Assembly (NCBI GenBank): GCA_028534125.1
Contig: CM052817.1
Location: forward strand, 29,142,001-29,206,000
Direction: 5' to 3'
Origin: Lama glama
Lineage: Eukaryota
Length of the DNA: 64,000 bases
How positions within the stretch are numbered: the stretch's first letter is position 1; every line of letters begins with the position of its first letter. Shown one piece after another: positions 12,418-23,000 of the stretch. The translations under genes and the position numbers were made by a program. The notes beneath the pieces were generated by a model. The model made no database searches. It saw only the letters and a list, made by a program, of their open reading frames with translations, and was not told where the DNA came from.

Positions 12418-13723
12418 TAGTTATGGTTTTTAAATCAATTTTCAAGTTAATTAATTTTTCAGAGCATACTGGAATTGAAAAGAGTGTCACTACCATTAGA
12501 ATTAAACAGCAGCATGTATTTAATAGCACAAAACTAGACAGTAACTTTCCACTTTTCATGAGAGGTAGTTCATGGGATAGAATCATCAGTTGCTTTTCCT
12601 TAATCTTATTTTAGTGAAGGTATGTTTACTTGACACTAATATTCTACTATTAGTCAAAACTCTGTTTCTTCCGTTTGCAGATACTAACAGGTTTTGCCGC
12701 TGGAGGTCACTATTGATCTATATTTTGAAAAACTTGTTTCTTGAAGATGAAGTGATGTAACTAGACAACTAGTAGTGTGTGGCTTACAATTTAAAGAAAC
12801 ATTGCTGCTGGAAAAGTCTAAATTTAGACGGGGTTCCTAGGGACTAAAATATCATCCTTTGTGAATTAAGTGATTTTGCAGAGCCAGTGAGTTTTCTAGA
12901 GATTTTGCTCAGAGATAACTGAATAGTAATTATGTTCAAAATAGCCGTGTGTGTATCTTAGGAGACTTAAAAGTGCTTTACCAGTTTGAGGCAGTTATGG
13001 ACTGGATGCTTTCCAAGTTCCCAGAGAATGATGGAGGAGACGGGGGCGGGGAAATGGAGGGAGTGTGCCCAGGTAAGAGGGCTGGGTTCTATTCTGGCTC
13101 TTTTATTCCCTGGCCAAGGACCTGACCTAGTCTCTTACGCCCAGTTTTTCCCTTTGTGAAGTGAAGGTGGAAGGCTCTTCATGATTTCAATAGTTCCTTC
13201 TGCCTGTCTTTCTAAGAGCACTTGTCAGTATCTGTCAGACTTTAAAGGTTTCAGATGAAAGGGAATAAAACTATTTTTCCTCTTTCATCTCCATGGTAGA
13301 CACATTTCAAGAGAGCAAAACAAAAGTACTATGTTTTTGTGGTACCTAACATTTTACGACGGCAGAATGAAGTGAATATCGCTGGAAGATTTTCTTTTTC
13401 AGAGGTGTGGAGGGGCACTGCCACCCTGGAATGTGTATTTTAGGTCAGGTGAATGTGCTTTTCATCAGTTTTACTTAACAAATTATTATTTTATCAATGT
13501 GTGCTTTTTTTTGCAATTATTCAGTTGGTGCTGATTGATCCAAAAGAGTAAAGATTCCTGGCCCAGGAGCTGTTGGATTCTTTTTCTTTCCCAGCTTGCA
13601 GCCAAGAAAGGTTCACTCTCATGAACCCCTCACCCTCCCATTCCAGGCCTGGTGCTGTTTTCGTCTCCAGCATTAGAGCCAGTGTTCCCCCAGTCCTGTG
13701 CCTCAGATCTGTCAGTGATTAAA

Positions 13724-13764
13724 ACACACACACACACACGCACACATACACACACACACAAACA
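13724..13764. repeat. (CA)n microsatellite, interrupted
   Basis: Direct reading. Confidence 0.95.
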
Positions 13765-13967
13765 CTAGTGTTTGTAGCACACTCTAAAAGGAATTTTACA
13801 CATTAAATTTTTTATAACACCTTGCGAATTAAAACAAGTAGTATTACCTACCCCTTTTTGGCATTTCAGAAATTCTCTTTTATACCAGGTTCAGTTCACA
13901 GCATTCTGCTCTGGATGTTTTCTTGTGTTGGTGACCCTGGAGGGGTAGACTGTCTTACCCTGCCGTC

Positions 13968-14357
13968 TATTATGGGCTGAATTGTGTCCACACAAAGTTC
14001 TTATGTTGACACCTCAACTCCCAGTAACTCAGAATGTAACTGTATTTAGATAGGGCCTTTAAGGAGACAGTGAAGTTAACATAAGGTCATTAGGGAGGGC
14101 CTTCACCCAATCTAACCAGTGTCTTTATAGGAAGGGAAATTTGGACACACGTAGAGACTATGGGGTGTCCATGCCCAGAGGAAAGACCATGTGAGGACAA
14201 AGCAAGAAAGGTGACCATTTGCAAACCAGAGAGAGAGGCCTGGGAAGAAAAGAAACCTACTGACACCTTGATCTTGGACTTCCAGCCTCCAGAAATGTAT
14301 GAAAATTAAGTTCTCTGGTTTAAGCCACCTTTTGTCATGGGAGCCTTGGCTGAGACA
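13968..14357 (+). mobile_element. MaLR solo LTR (MLT1A/B-like)
   Basis: tattatgggctgaattgtgtcc...accttgatcttggacttccagcctccagaa...gtttaagccacc. Confidence 0.9.
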
Positions 14358-15329
14358 CCATCCATCCATCCATCCATCTGCAGATAATGACCTAGTATCT
14401 AACATGCCAAGTACTGTGTTGATCTTTGGGATACAGAGATAAAAGATACAGTGTATGTCCTCAAGGCCTTCGTAATCTAGTGTGCTTACAGCGGTAATCT
14501 TGGGGGAAGGGGAGGCAAACAGCTAATACTAGAAGGTGTGCTGAGGTCTGACAGGGGACCCATGGAGGATCATGGAAGTACAGAGGAGAAGGCTTTATCT
14601 CAGCTGGAGTTAAAATGGGGTAGAAGTGGAGGTAGTGAACCCAGAGAAGGCAGCTTGAAGAATGGTGAGAGTTAAACACCTCCTCACCCCACAAACCATT
14701 TCATAGGATCTAGTCTTGGTCTTGGGCTCCATCTGGGTGAAGGCCAGTTATCTGCCAAGACATTCTTGATTTCAAATATGTAGGTATGTTCAAATATGTA
14801 GATTTTCAGGATGGTCAACCTCTGGGTTTTCTTTGCCCTTCCTCTGTCAACAAACTTAACACAGCTCTGATACCTACTGTTCGCCTGAAGTACCTACTCC
14901 TTCCTGTCTCTCAAAGTCCCTTGGGAAGCCGTGTCTCAGCACATGCAACTGGTTCTTCTTGTATCTTGTGGAAACCTGTAATTCTTTGTTCTGGACATGT
15001 AACAATTTCTCCTGCCCAGCAGAAGTTAACCAGGCCATTGCAGACCTTGCTGTAAGACCTGACAGTCTCTGTATGGAATAATGCAGAGATGATACACGTG
15101 TCTGCACAAGCCAGGCCATAGGCTTCCTTCCAAGTACCCCTTGTTTATGGGATCATCGTAAGATTTTGCAGCTCATGTATATCTAACTGTCCTTAGAAAA
15201 TTAGAGAGAAACATGATGCTATTAGTTTGGTAACACCACTGAACACAGAGAAAATATTGTCTACTTTGAAATAGATTTACAAAGGCCATAAATAACGTAG
15301 GGCTTGAGAGAAGGTGGTATCATTGAACT

Positions 15330-15480
15330 TGTGGTTATCCATACAAAAAAAAATTTGGATATCTAAAAACAAAAAATGAATTTAACCTCTTCTTTACACC
15401 ATACACAAAAATGAAGTCTAGGTGTCTTAAAGATTTAAGTTTGAATGGTAAGTTTAAGCAGAACTTCTAAGAGTAAATAA
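15330..15480 (+). mobile_element. L1 ORF2 fragment
   Basis: aaaaaatgaatttaacctcttctttacaccatacacaaaaat...aaagatttaa. Confidence 0.7.
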
Positions 15481-16544
15481 AGCTCACCTGGAAGAATCAT
15501 GAGCACCTTTGAGACTGGACTTCACAATGTTGGCCCGTTTGCCTGCTCGTGTGACCACGCTGAGTAACGGTGACAAGGCCTCCTGCACAGATGCCTGAGC
15601 ACGTTAAGAGGGACAGAGGTTCTCTTGGGAAAGAGATGGAGGGAGTTGGAGCTTTAAGCTTCAGCGTGAGCTGCTGCTGAGCTTGTAGGTCCATCTGCAA
15701 AGAGCCTCCTGTTCTTGGTTTGTAGCCCTAGGCTTAGCTTAATTAGAATGTTTAGGGGACAAGTTAGATATTTTGAGTGCAGCCATTCAGAAAGTGATCC
15801 TTGTAGACTTTTTTGTAAACAGTTATTTCTTATTTTGAAGAGAAACAAGAGATGTTTTTACACTGTTGTAGAACACACAGAACAGTGACTTGTGTTTCAG
15901 TCTTTTGTAGGTGAGTGTGAACTTCCACTCTTAGCATGATGACCGTCACCTAACATTTTCCTCACACAAGGTTGAGCATCATTTTAGTGGAATGGGGCAG
16001 GGGAGGGCTCTGTTATATATCCAGAACCTATGCTTATGCCTTTAATTGTGCCTGAAAAATTGGATCCACTATGAATCTTTGAATGAGAAATCCACATTTA
16101 CCATCTATTTCTGGAGAGACCTTCCAGTTAAGAGTTCATAGTTATAGCCCAAAGGAGGCTTTGAGGAAATCCTTCAGTATGGCCACAGTCCTGCTAAGGT
16201 TGGGTGGAGGCTGCAGGAGTCTTGGACATACTGTTGGCCACCTGATGTTCCTCTCCTGTTGCTTTTCATTGTTTTACTTCTCCCATGCAACTAATTTGTC
16301 TTCCCTTGCATGGTCTTTCCTGCTCATCCAAATCATCTTTCAAACGCAGTTTTGCTGGAAAATATTAAATGGTACTTCATAAACCTAAAGGAATGTCTGG
16401 ATTCAAATATCTAATCCTTCAGTAAAATCTGTTAGCACTACTAATTGCTGGATTTCAGGATACTATATGTTGCTTTCCCTGGATATCAATGAAATAGCTT
16501 TTATCCACCCTCTATTCCTGCTTCCTTTTTCCTTTTTCTTTCTT

Positions 16545-16632
16545 TCTTTTCTTTGTTTTTTTTTTTTTTTACTTTTTTTATTGAATTATAGTCATCTTAC
16601 AATGTTGTGTCAAATTCCAAGGTAGAGCACAA
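16545..16632 (-). mobile_element. Tiny young L1 3' tail
   Basis: Poly-T then ttttattgaattatagtcatcttacaatgttgtgtcaaattcca, the same family as the copies at 11.5 kb and 61.1 kb. Confidence 0.8.
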
Positions 16633-16792
16633 CCTACTTTTTTCTGTCCTCCTTTAAACAAATATTTATTGAGGGCTAGGTACTTTCTAAGTAATGAGAA
16701 TACACAAGTGAACACAATAAAATCTCTTATTCTAATACAATGACACGAATCATAAACATTAAAATATAATATATTACATTATAATATGTATT

Positions 16793-17260
16793 GTCACTCT
16801 CCCAACTTGACTGCCAGCCCTGAAGCTAGCAGAGCAGTGGACAACCACACATCCTTCTCTAACCTCAGCTCTTTTTTTTGACTTTCTAGCATAAGCCTCT
16901 GCCTCCAGTTGAGCATCAGCGTCTAGCCAACCCGCCCACAGTAGACGCCAGCCCCCTGCACAGTCATTTGTCTCCCTTCTTTGCCGCAGTGCACCCTGTG
17001 CACTTCTTGCAACTGGCCTGCATTTTCAGGGCATCTTGGTACTCACTCCACAGTCCACAAGCATCTCACATATGGGTGAGCCCTCACCCACTTAGATGTT
17101 AATGGCCAACCCAGGATTTCCAACACAAATGCCTCTTTTCAGAGTCTCATTTCTTCAGTCTCCTGGCTGGCTTGCCAATTGTTGGTCCACAACCTCAAGA
17201 ATTCCCAGAGTGAAATTTGAAATTGGACCCTGTATATGGAAGGCAAAGAGAGACCCAAGA
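16793..17260 (-). mobile_element. Class III ERV 5' region: LTR 3' end, tRNA-Arg primer-binding site, leader/gag start
   Basis: Minus strand ...ccaaca-at-TGGCAAGCCAGCCAGGAG (17177-17160) is a 17/18 match to the complement of the tRNA-Arg(ACG) 3' end, directly after an LTR-like CA end. Confidence 0.7.
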
Positions 17261-17261
17261 A

Positions 17262-18320
17262 AGAGGCTGGATAGGGTGTGGAGAAAAAGGAACCCCCCTA
17301 CACTGTTGTGTAGGAATGTAAATTGGTGCAGCCACTCTAGAGGTTCCTTAATAGTGTCTTGTCTTATGTTTAAATCTTTAAGCCATTTTGAGTTTTTTTT
17401 GTGTGTGTGTGTGGTGTGAGGGAGTATTATAACTACATTTATTTACATGCAGCTGCCTAGTTTTCCTAACACCATTTGCTGAAGAGACTTTCTTTACTCC
17501 ATTGTATGTACTTGCCTCCTTTGTCAAAGATTAATTGACCAAAAGTTTGTGGGTTTATTTCTAGGCTCTCTATTCTGTTTCATTGATCCATATGTCTATT
17601 TTTGTACCAATACCATGCTTTTGATTACTTGGAGTTTCCTTAAAAAACTAAAATTAAACTTGGTATATGATCCAGCAATTCCACTCCTGGGCATATATCT
17701 GGAGAAATCTAGAACTTGAAAAGATACATGCACCCGAATGTTCCCAGCCTCACTGTATGCAATAGCCAAGACATGGAAGCAAGCTAAATGTCCATCAACA
17801 GATGACTGGATAAAGAAGTTGTAGTATATTTATACAATGGAATACTACTCAGCTGTAAAAAAGAATGAAATAATGCCATTTGCAGCAACATGGGTGAACC
17901 TAGAGATTATCATATTAAGTGAAGTAAGCCAGACAGAGAAACACAAATATCCTATAATGTCACTTATATATGGAATCTAAAAAAAATTGCAAATTTTATG
18001 TACAAACCAGAAATAGACTCACAAACATAGAAAACAAACTGTGGCTACCAGGAGGGAAAAGGGGTGGATAGGGATAGATTAGAAGTTTGGGATTAACAGA
18101 TGCACATTACTATATATGAAATAGATAGACAACAGGGACCTACTGTATAGCACAGGAAACTATATTTAATTTCTTGTAATGAGTCATAATGGAAAAGAAA
18201 CTAAAAAAAAAAAATTCTATGTATGTATATGTGTAACTGAATTGCTTTGCTGTACACCTGAAACTAACATCATAAATTGACTACACTTCAATAAAAAATA
18301 AGAAAAAAAATTAAAAAAAA
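17262..18320 (+). mobile_element. Lineage-specific L1 3' portion containing an inverted internal L1 ORF2 segment (~17353-17629)
   Basis: Sense ORF2 C-terminal sequence, then antisense ORF2 sequence, then sense ORF2 end, 3' UTR and A-tail. Confidence 0.9.
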
Positions 18321-18324
18321 GATC

Positions 18325-18870
18325 ACCTCCAGGTGAGGGCCATTGGAAGTGATTGGAAGCCCCATGTTGAGCTCACTTTTCACTGTCCCCCAGAAATAAA
18401 AGGCTTTGGTTGACACTGGAGCCAAATGTAATCTAATACATATAATAACCCTCAGAACTTTTTCTGGCTCCCTCAGTGCCACTGATGTTTACAGAGGGTA
18501 GACGGTTATAGTCAGTAAGGTCCCTATGACATTGCAAATTGGGTATTTTTTTCCCAATGAGAGTACAGTTTTTCTCTCTCTAATACCAGAGAACATATTG
18601 GGTACTGACATCCTACAAGGTCAAATTCTGCCAACCTCTATTGGTAAATTCTACCTCCAGGTTAAAGTAATCAAACCAGTGCTCAGAGGAAATGCCAACT
18701 GGGAGCCAGTAAGTCTACCACCCAAGGGATAAGTGGTAACTGTCAAACAATGTAAATTACCAAGGATGGGCATAAAGAAATAGGAGAAACTACCCAAGAA
18801 CTGCACTGAACAGGTATTGTACAACTTGCCCATAGCGCATCCAACAGCCCAGAATGGCTGTTGAACAACA
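18325..18870 (+). mobile_element. Class III ERV (HERV-S/ERV-L-like) protease and start of RT, decayed
   Basis: ALVDTGAKCNLI at 18403-18438 (aspartyl protease motif); ENILGTDIL in the same frame after a TAG at 18499; then KQCKLP..GHKEIGETTQEL..NSPEW, resembling the RT N-terminus. Confidence 0.85.
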
Positions 18871-18879
18871 GTTTTAAAG

Positions 18880-19260
18880 ATGAATAAACAATTGTAAATA
18901 TGGATAAAGGAAGGTAAAAACAGGGTGACTGGTGGAGATGGGGGGTTAGAAGGTACTATTTTTTAGATGGTTGTCCGGAAGGTGACATTTGATCAATAAC
19001 TGAAAGTAACTAAGGAATGAACCATGTAGATACTAGGAAAAATAGGATTTGAAGTGAAGTAGAAGACAGAAAGTGCAAATGTCCTGAGGTAGAGTTTGCT
19101 TGGTGTGTTAAAGAAACAGCAATGGAGTCCAGTAAACCTGGAGGAGAGTGAGTGAGTTAGTAGTGGTGGCCATAAGCCCTGAGTGATCTCTGGATTATAG
19201 GTTACAGATTTGGGAATTTAGTCTTAGTAAAATGTGAAGCAAAAAGAAGATTTTATTATT
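18880..19260 (-). mobile_element. L2 fragment, probably continuous with the L2 3' end at ~16655-16790
   Basis: ggaaggtgacatttga...aagtgcaaatgtcctgagg...gcttggtgtgtt is antisense L2-like. Confidence 0.65.
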
Positions 19261-19644
19261 TGCAGAAAAAATTTTCAGATAGCTTTCTGCTAAACTTTCT
19301 GAAATTCCTAAAACTGATTAACAGTTCTAGTTCCAATTCTGCTGGGCTTTGTAGTCAGTCATAATTGGAAAGAATTAAACTTTTATGCATTAAACAAATA
19401 CAGATCAACAATATTCTGGGGAGGTATGCAATTTCCCAGAAGTAAGTGATAATAACATTCTAAGTTGATAAATAATAGCAATATAACTCTGTTCCAGCTG
19501 TTCTGAACTATGTGTGGAAGCACTCAGGCATTGTCAATTACTGTCAGGAGTTAGGGTGAAACTTGAAAATTATTTCTTAATATTTCCTCTTTTAATAAGC
19601 ATTCTATGTTTAAGCATTACCAAACACTGTCAAAATAAATGCAT

Positions 19645-19970
19645 TTTTTTAAATTGAAGTGTAGTTGGTATACAATATTGTGCTGATTTCTGGTGAACAT
19701 CATAGTGATTCATATATATATTTATCTATATTCATTTTCATATTCTTTTTCATTATAGGCTATTACAAAGTATTGAATATATTTCCCTGGGCTATACAGT
19801 AGGACCTTGTTGTTTATCTGTTTTATATGTAGTAGTATCTGCAAATCGGGAAATCCCAATTTAACCCTCCAACCCTCCCCTTTTCCCACAGTAACCATAA
19901 GTTTGTTTTCCATATCTGTGATTCTGTTTCTGCTCACTTGTGTCATTTTTTTTAGATTCCATATATAAGT
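19645..19970 (-). mobile_element. Lineage-specific L1 3' UTR
   Basis: aattgaagtgtagttggtatacaatattgtg...gctatacagtaggaccttgttg...ttagattccatatataagtg. Confidence 0.9.
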
Positions 19971-19999
19971 GTTTTTCATACTGAACTAGTTAAGACCAG

Positions 20000-20190
20000 G
20001 ATTAGTCTGAATCTGCCACATACTTACTCTTTTACTTGAAGCAAATTCCCCCAACATCTTTGAGTCTCAGTTTCTTTATTCTTAGCATAGGTATAACAGT
20101 CTCAAATTCACAGGTAATGTCTATTTAGCACTTACCCCAGTTTTTACCACATAGTAAGTATTTTAAAATAGTTGTAGCTATAATAATTAT
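20000..20190 (+). mobile_element. MIR SINE
   Basis: tctgccacatacttact...ctttgagtctcagtttctttatt...catagtaagta. Confidence 0.65.
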
Positions 20191-20576
20191 ATTGTTTTTG
20201 TCTCTCCTGGTAATGTCACATATTGTAACTAAAATAGATCACAGTGTTTGCATTCTGTTCACTAAGGCATACTTACTAATGCTTATTGATACACTCCATT
20301 TTTTATATTCTGAGGATCCAAAAATAGTACATACAAGAATAAGACAAAGAAATACATCCTACAGATGCAAATGATTTAGACAGATACGCAATATATTCTT
20401 TTATACAAAGCAATTAACATGAAATTTTAATTTCAGAATAGCCAGTGACTGCTTAGTATTATCAGGACTTTTTTTTTTTTTTTGGTACAAAGAATGTTTG
20501 ACAATGCTTATTTTTTTCTTGACTCACCTGGCATCATGCTGATAATATGTTCCAAAAATGCTTGGCAAAGAAAGTT

Positions 20577-20640
20577 TGTGTCTTCGTGTGTGTGTGCGTG
20601 TGTTGTGTGTGTGTGAGAGAGAGACAGCAAGAGAGAGTGA
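20577..20640. repeat. Compound (TG)n/(GA)n microsatellite
   Basis: Direct reading. Confidence 0.85.
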
Positions 20641-20659
20641 GATTTTAAAAGTAAAGCAC

Positions 20660-21308
20660 AGTTGGGTCTCTTGTGCATTGCTGATAGGAAGGTAAAATGG
20701 TACAGCGACTATGGAAAACAAAATGGCAGGTCCTCAAAAAGTTAAACATAGAATTACTATGTGGTCCAGCAATTCCACGTCTACGTATAAACCCAAAGGA
20801 ATTGAAAACAGGAACCAAAACAGATACACGTGCACCAACGTTCGTAGCAACATTATTCACAATAACCAAAAAAATGGAAACAACTCAAATATCCATTACT
20901 AAATGAATGGATAAACAAAATTTGATATATACATACAATGCAATATGATTCAGCCTAAAAAGGAGTGGAATTCTGATACATGCTACAACATAGACAAAAC
21001 CTGGGAAACATTGTGCAATTTGAAATAAGCCAGATTAAAAACTATTACATTATTCCACTTACAAGAGCTATGTAGAATAGGCAGATTTATAGAGGCAGAA
21101 AGTATAACGGAGGTTATCAGAGGCTGGGAGAAGGGGAAAATGGGGAGTTTCTGTTTAATGAGTACAAATTATAAAGTTCTATAAATGGATAGGGGTGATG
21201 GTTGTACAGTATTGTGAATGTATTTAATCCCACGGAATTGGAGGCTTGAAATGGTTAAAATGGTAAATCTTATGTCTGTATATTTTACCTCAATTAAAAA
21301 AGAAAAAA
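20660..21308 (+). mobile_element. L1 (L1MB-like) ORF2 end, 3' UTR and A-tail
   Basis: WKTKWQVLKKLNIEL..PAIP.L.I.PKELK...FVATLFTI is the L1 ORF2 C-terminus. Confidence 0.9.
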
Positions 21309-22304
21309 ATAACCTGTTCAGAAATTTAGAAAGCAGAGTATCTTCCAAAATAAATTGGTTAAAAATATTGCCCAGATAAATACAATTATTTATTTAGTGG
21401 TACCTGGTGGATTTTCCATTCATTTATTGAAAATTTATTACAAGTTATGGTTGTTTTCCCAGCTCATTTCTCAGAACATAATGTGCCAGCCAGGCAGTCT
21501 GGGGAGATGGGAATGGGGTGTTAATCTTTTTACATCCTCCAGAGTTGTTTCAGCTTATCGTGGTAACTTGGTGCCTCCTGTCACAGAGATTGCTTCAGAG
21601 GTGAGTCCAGGCGTAAGACAGTGTATTAAGGGTTACAGTGTTAATGTCTCTAAAGGAGCACAGCTGTAGACTACCTCAGCTACTGAAGGCTTCCATTCTC
21701 CAAGAAAGGGAGAGTTGACTGTGTCAGGGACACTTCTACAGCCTTGCATCACAAAACACAACCAGCCTATACTAAAAACTTTGTTCCAAGTAAATTCACT
21801 GGCTTGTGATGCAAGATTATAGGCTCACCTGTCCTTGGTATTTTTTTTGGAGTTAAAAAATGTATTGAGGCTACTAGAAAAACCACTGCCAGAGAGGAGG
21901 AGAAGCATGTGAAGCTATAAAAAAAAAAAGTTACCTGTGTTTTCTTTCTCTTTGTTTAATATGCTAAATGCAGAAGAGTGCTGGGTATGTTCCTAGGTTC
22001 ATTTAACCTAAAATCTGTAATTTTGCCCAAGAACATTCAGAACAGAGTGTCCACCTCCACCCACAGCCCCACTTACTTAAATCAAGAGAATCTTCTAAAG
22101 CAAATGGAGACAAACTGTTCTCAGCCTGAAACAAAATCACCTTTGGTGGTGGTGGAAAGGTCCTTTGATGACAAAGAATACAATAGCTGAAGTTATTTTG
22201 GTTCTATTTCTCTGCTCAGTAAGTGCAGGCTTGTATCCTTTCTCCTCCCTTCCTCCCTTTTCCCATTATCTATCAAAAGAGGAACAGCAAAAATAAAGCA
22301 AGTT

Positions 22305-22370
22305 GAAATAAAACAAAATAAAATAAATAAAATAAAATAAAATAAAATAAAATAAAATAAAATAAAATAA
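22305..22370. repeat. (AAAAT)n microsatellite
   Basis: Direct reading. Confidence 0.95.
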
Positions 22371-22860
22371 TGATGGGGCAATTGAATCAGATATCATCTT
22401 AAAAGAAGCAGTGTTTAAATTCTGGTTTTGATGTTTTAGTCATATTAGTGCACACAAGGTTCATTTTAGCTTAGCTTTGTAGAGGTGTATGCTTTCGTAT
22501 CCAAGGAGGAGTATTAAGCTGGAGTTTAGGAGGTAAAATTGCTTCCTATGAATACATGTGAAGGAGGTTGTATTGGAAGGGCTACCAAACAGAAATCTTA
22601 ATGTTCCAGATCTGAAAATTTCAAGATATTTGGCCACTATCAGTCTAAATGTGAGGAATAAATTGCTAAAACTTGTTACACATTTTTCTATACAGTGCTT
22701 TGGTAAGTCAGAAAAATGGCATTCAAGGGGATGCACATGTTTAGAAACTTACTGGGATGTCTAGAGGAATTACTTCCCTAGGATTAGAAAGAAAAGGAGG
22801 AATTTGTGGGTAATGAGTAGAAACGTTTCTGTTCCTTCAGAAGGTGATCTAAAATTTTTG

Positions 22861-23000
22861 ATGCAAATGTCCCTTGCAGCACTTCGGCCAATCTGTGGGG
22901 TGTGTAGTGGGAGGGGGCAGGGGAGGAGCCCTGAGGCTCCCTGAGGGTCTCCCGACCCAAGCGATCCATGGTGACTCAAGGCTCTGGGTAAATGACTTAC
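22861..23000. promoter_or_regulatory. Candidate enhancer: dense TF-motif cluster
   Basis: ATGCAAAT (22861), CCAAT (22888), GGGGTGTG, G-rich tract, GCCCTGAGGC (22928) and TGACTCA (22972) in non-repeat, locally GC-rich DNA. Confidence 0.3.

Noticed and set aside
12681..13448. Acceptor-like sites at 12680 and 13402
   Set aside because: Paired donors are weak and no peptide is recognisable; such sites are common in T-rich introns.
19085..19106. let-7-like seed tgaggtag
   Set aside because: Inside an L2 remnant; no full mature match and no hairpin arm seen.
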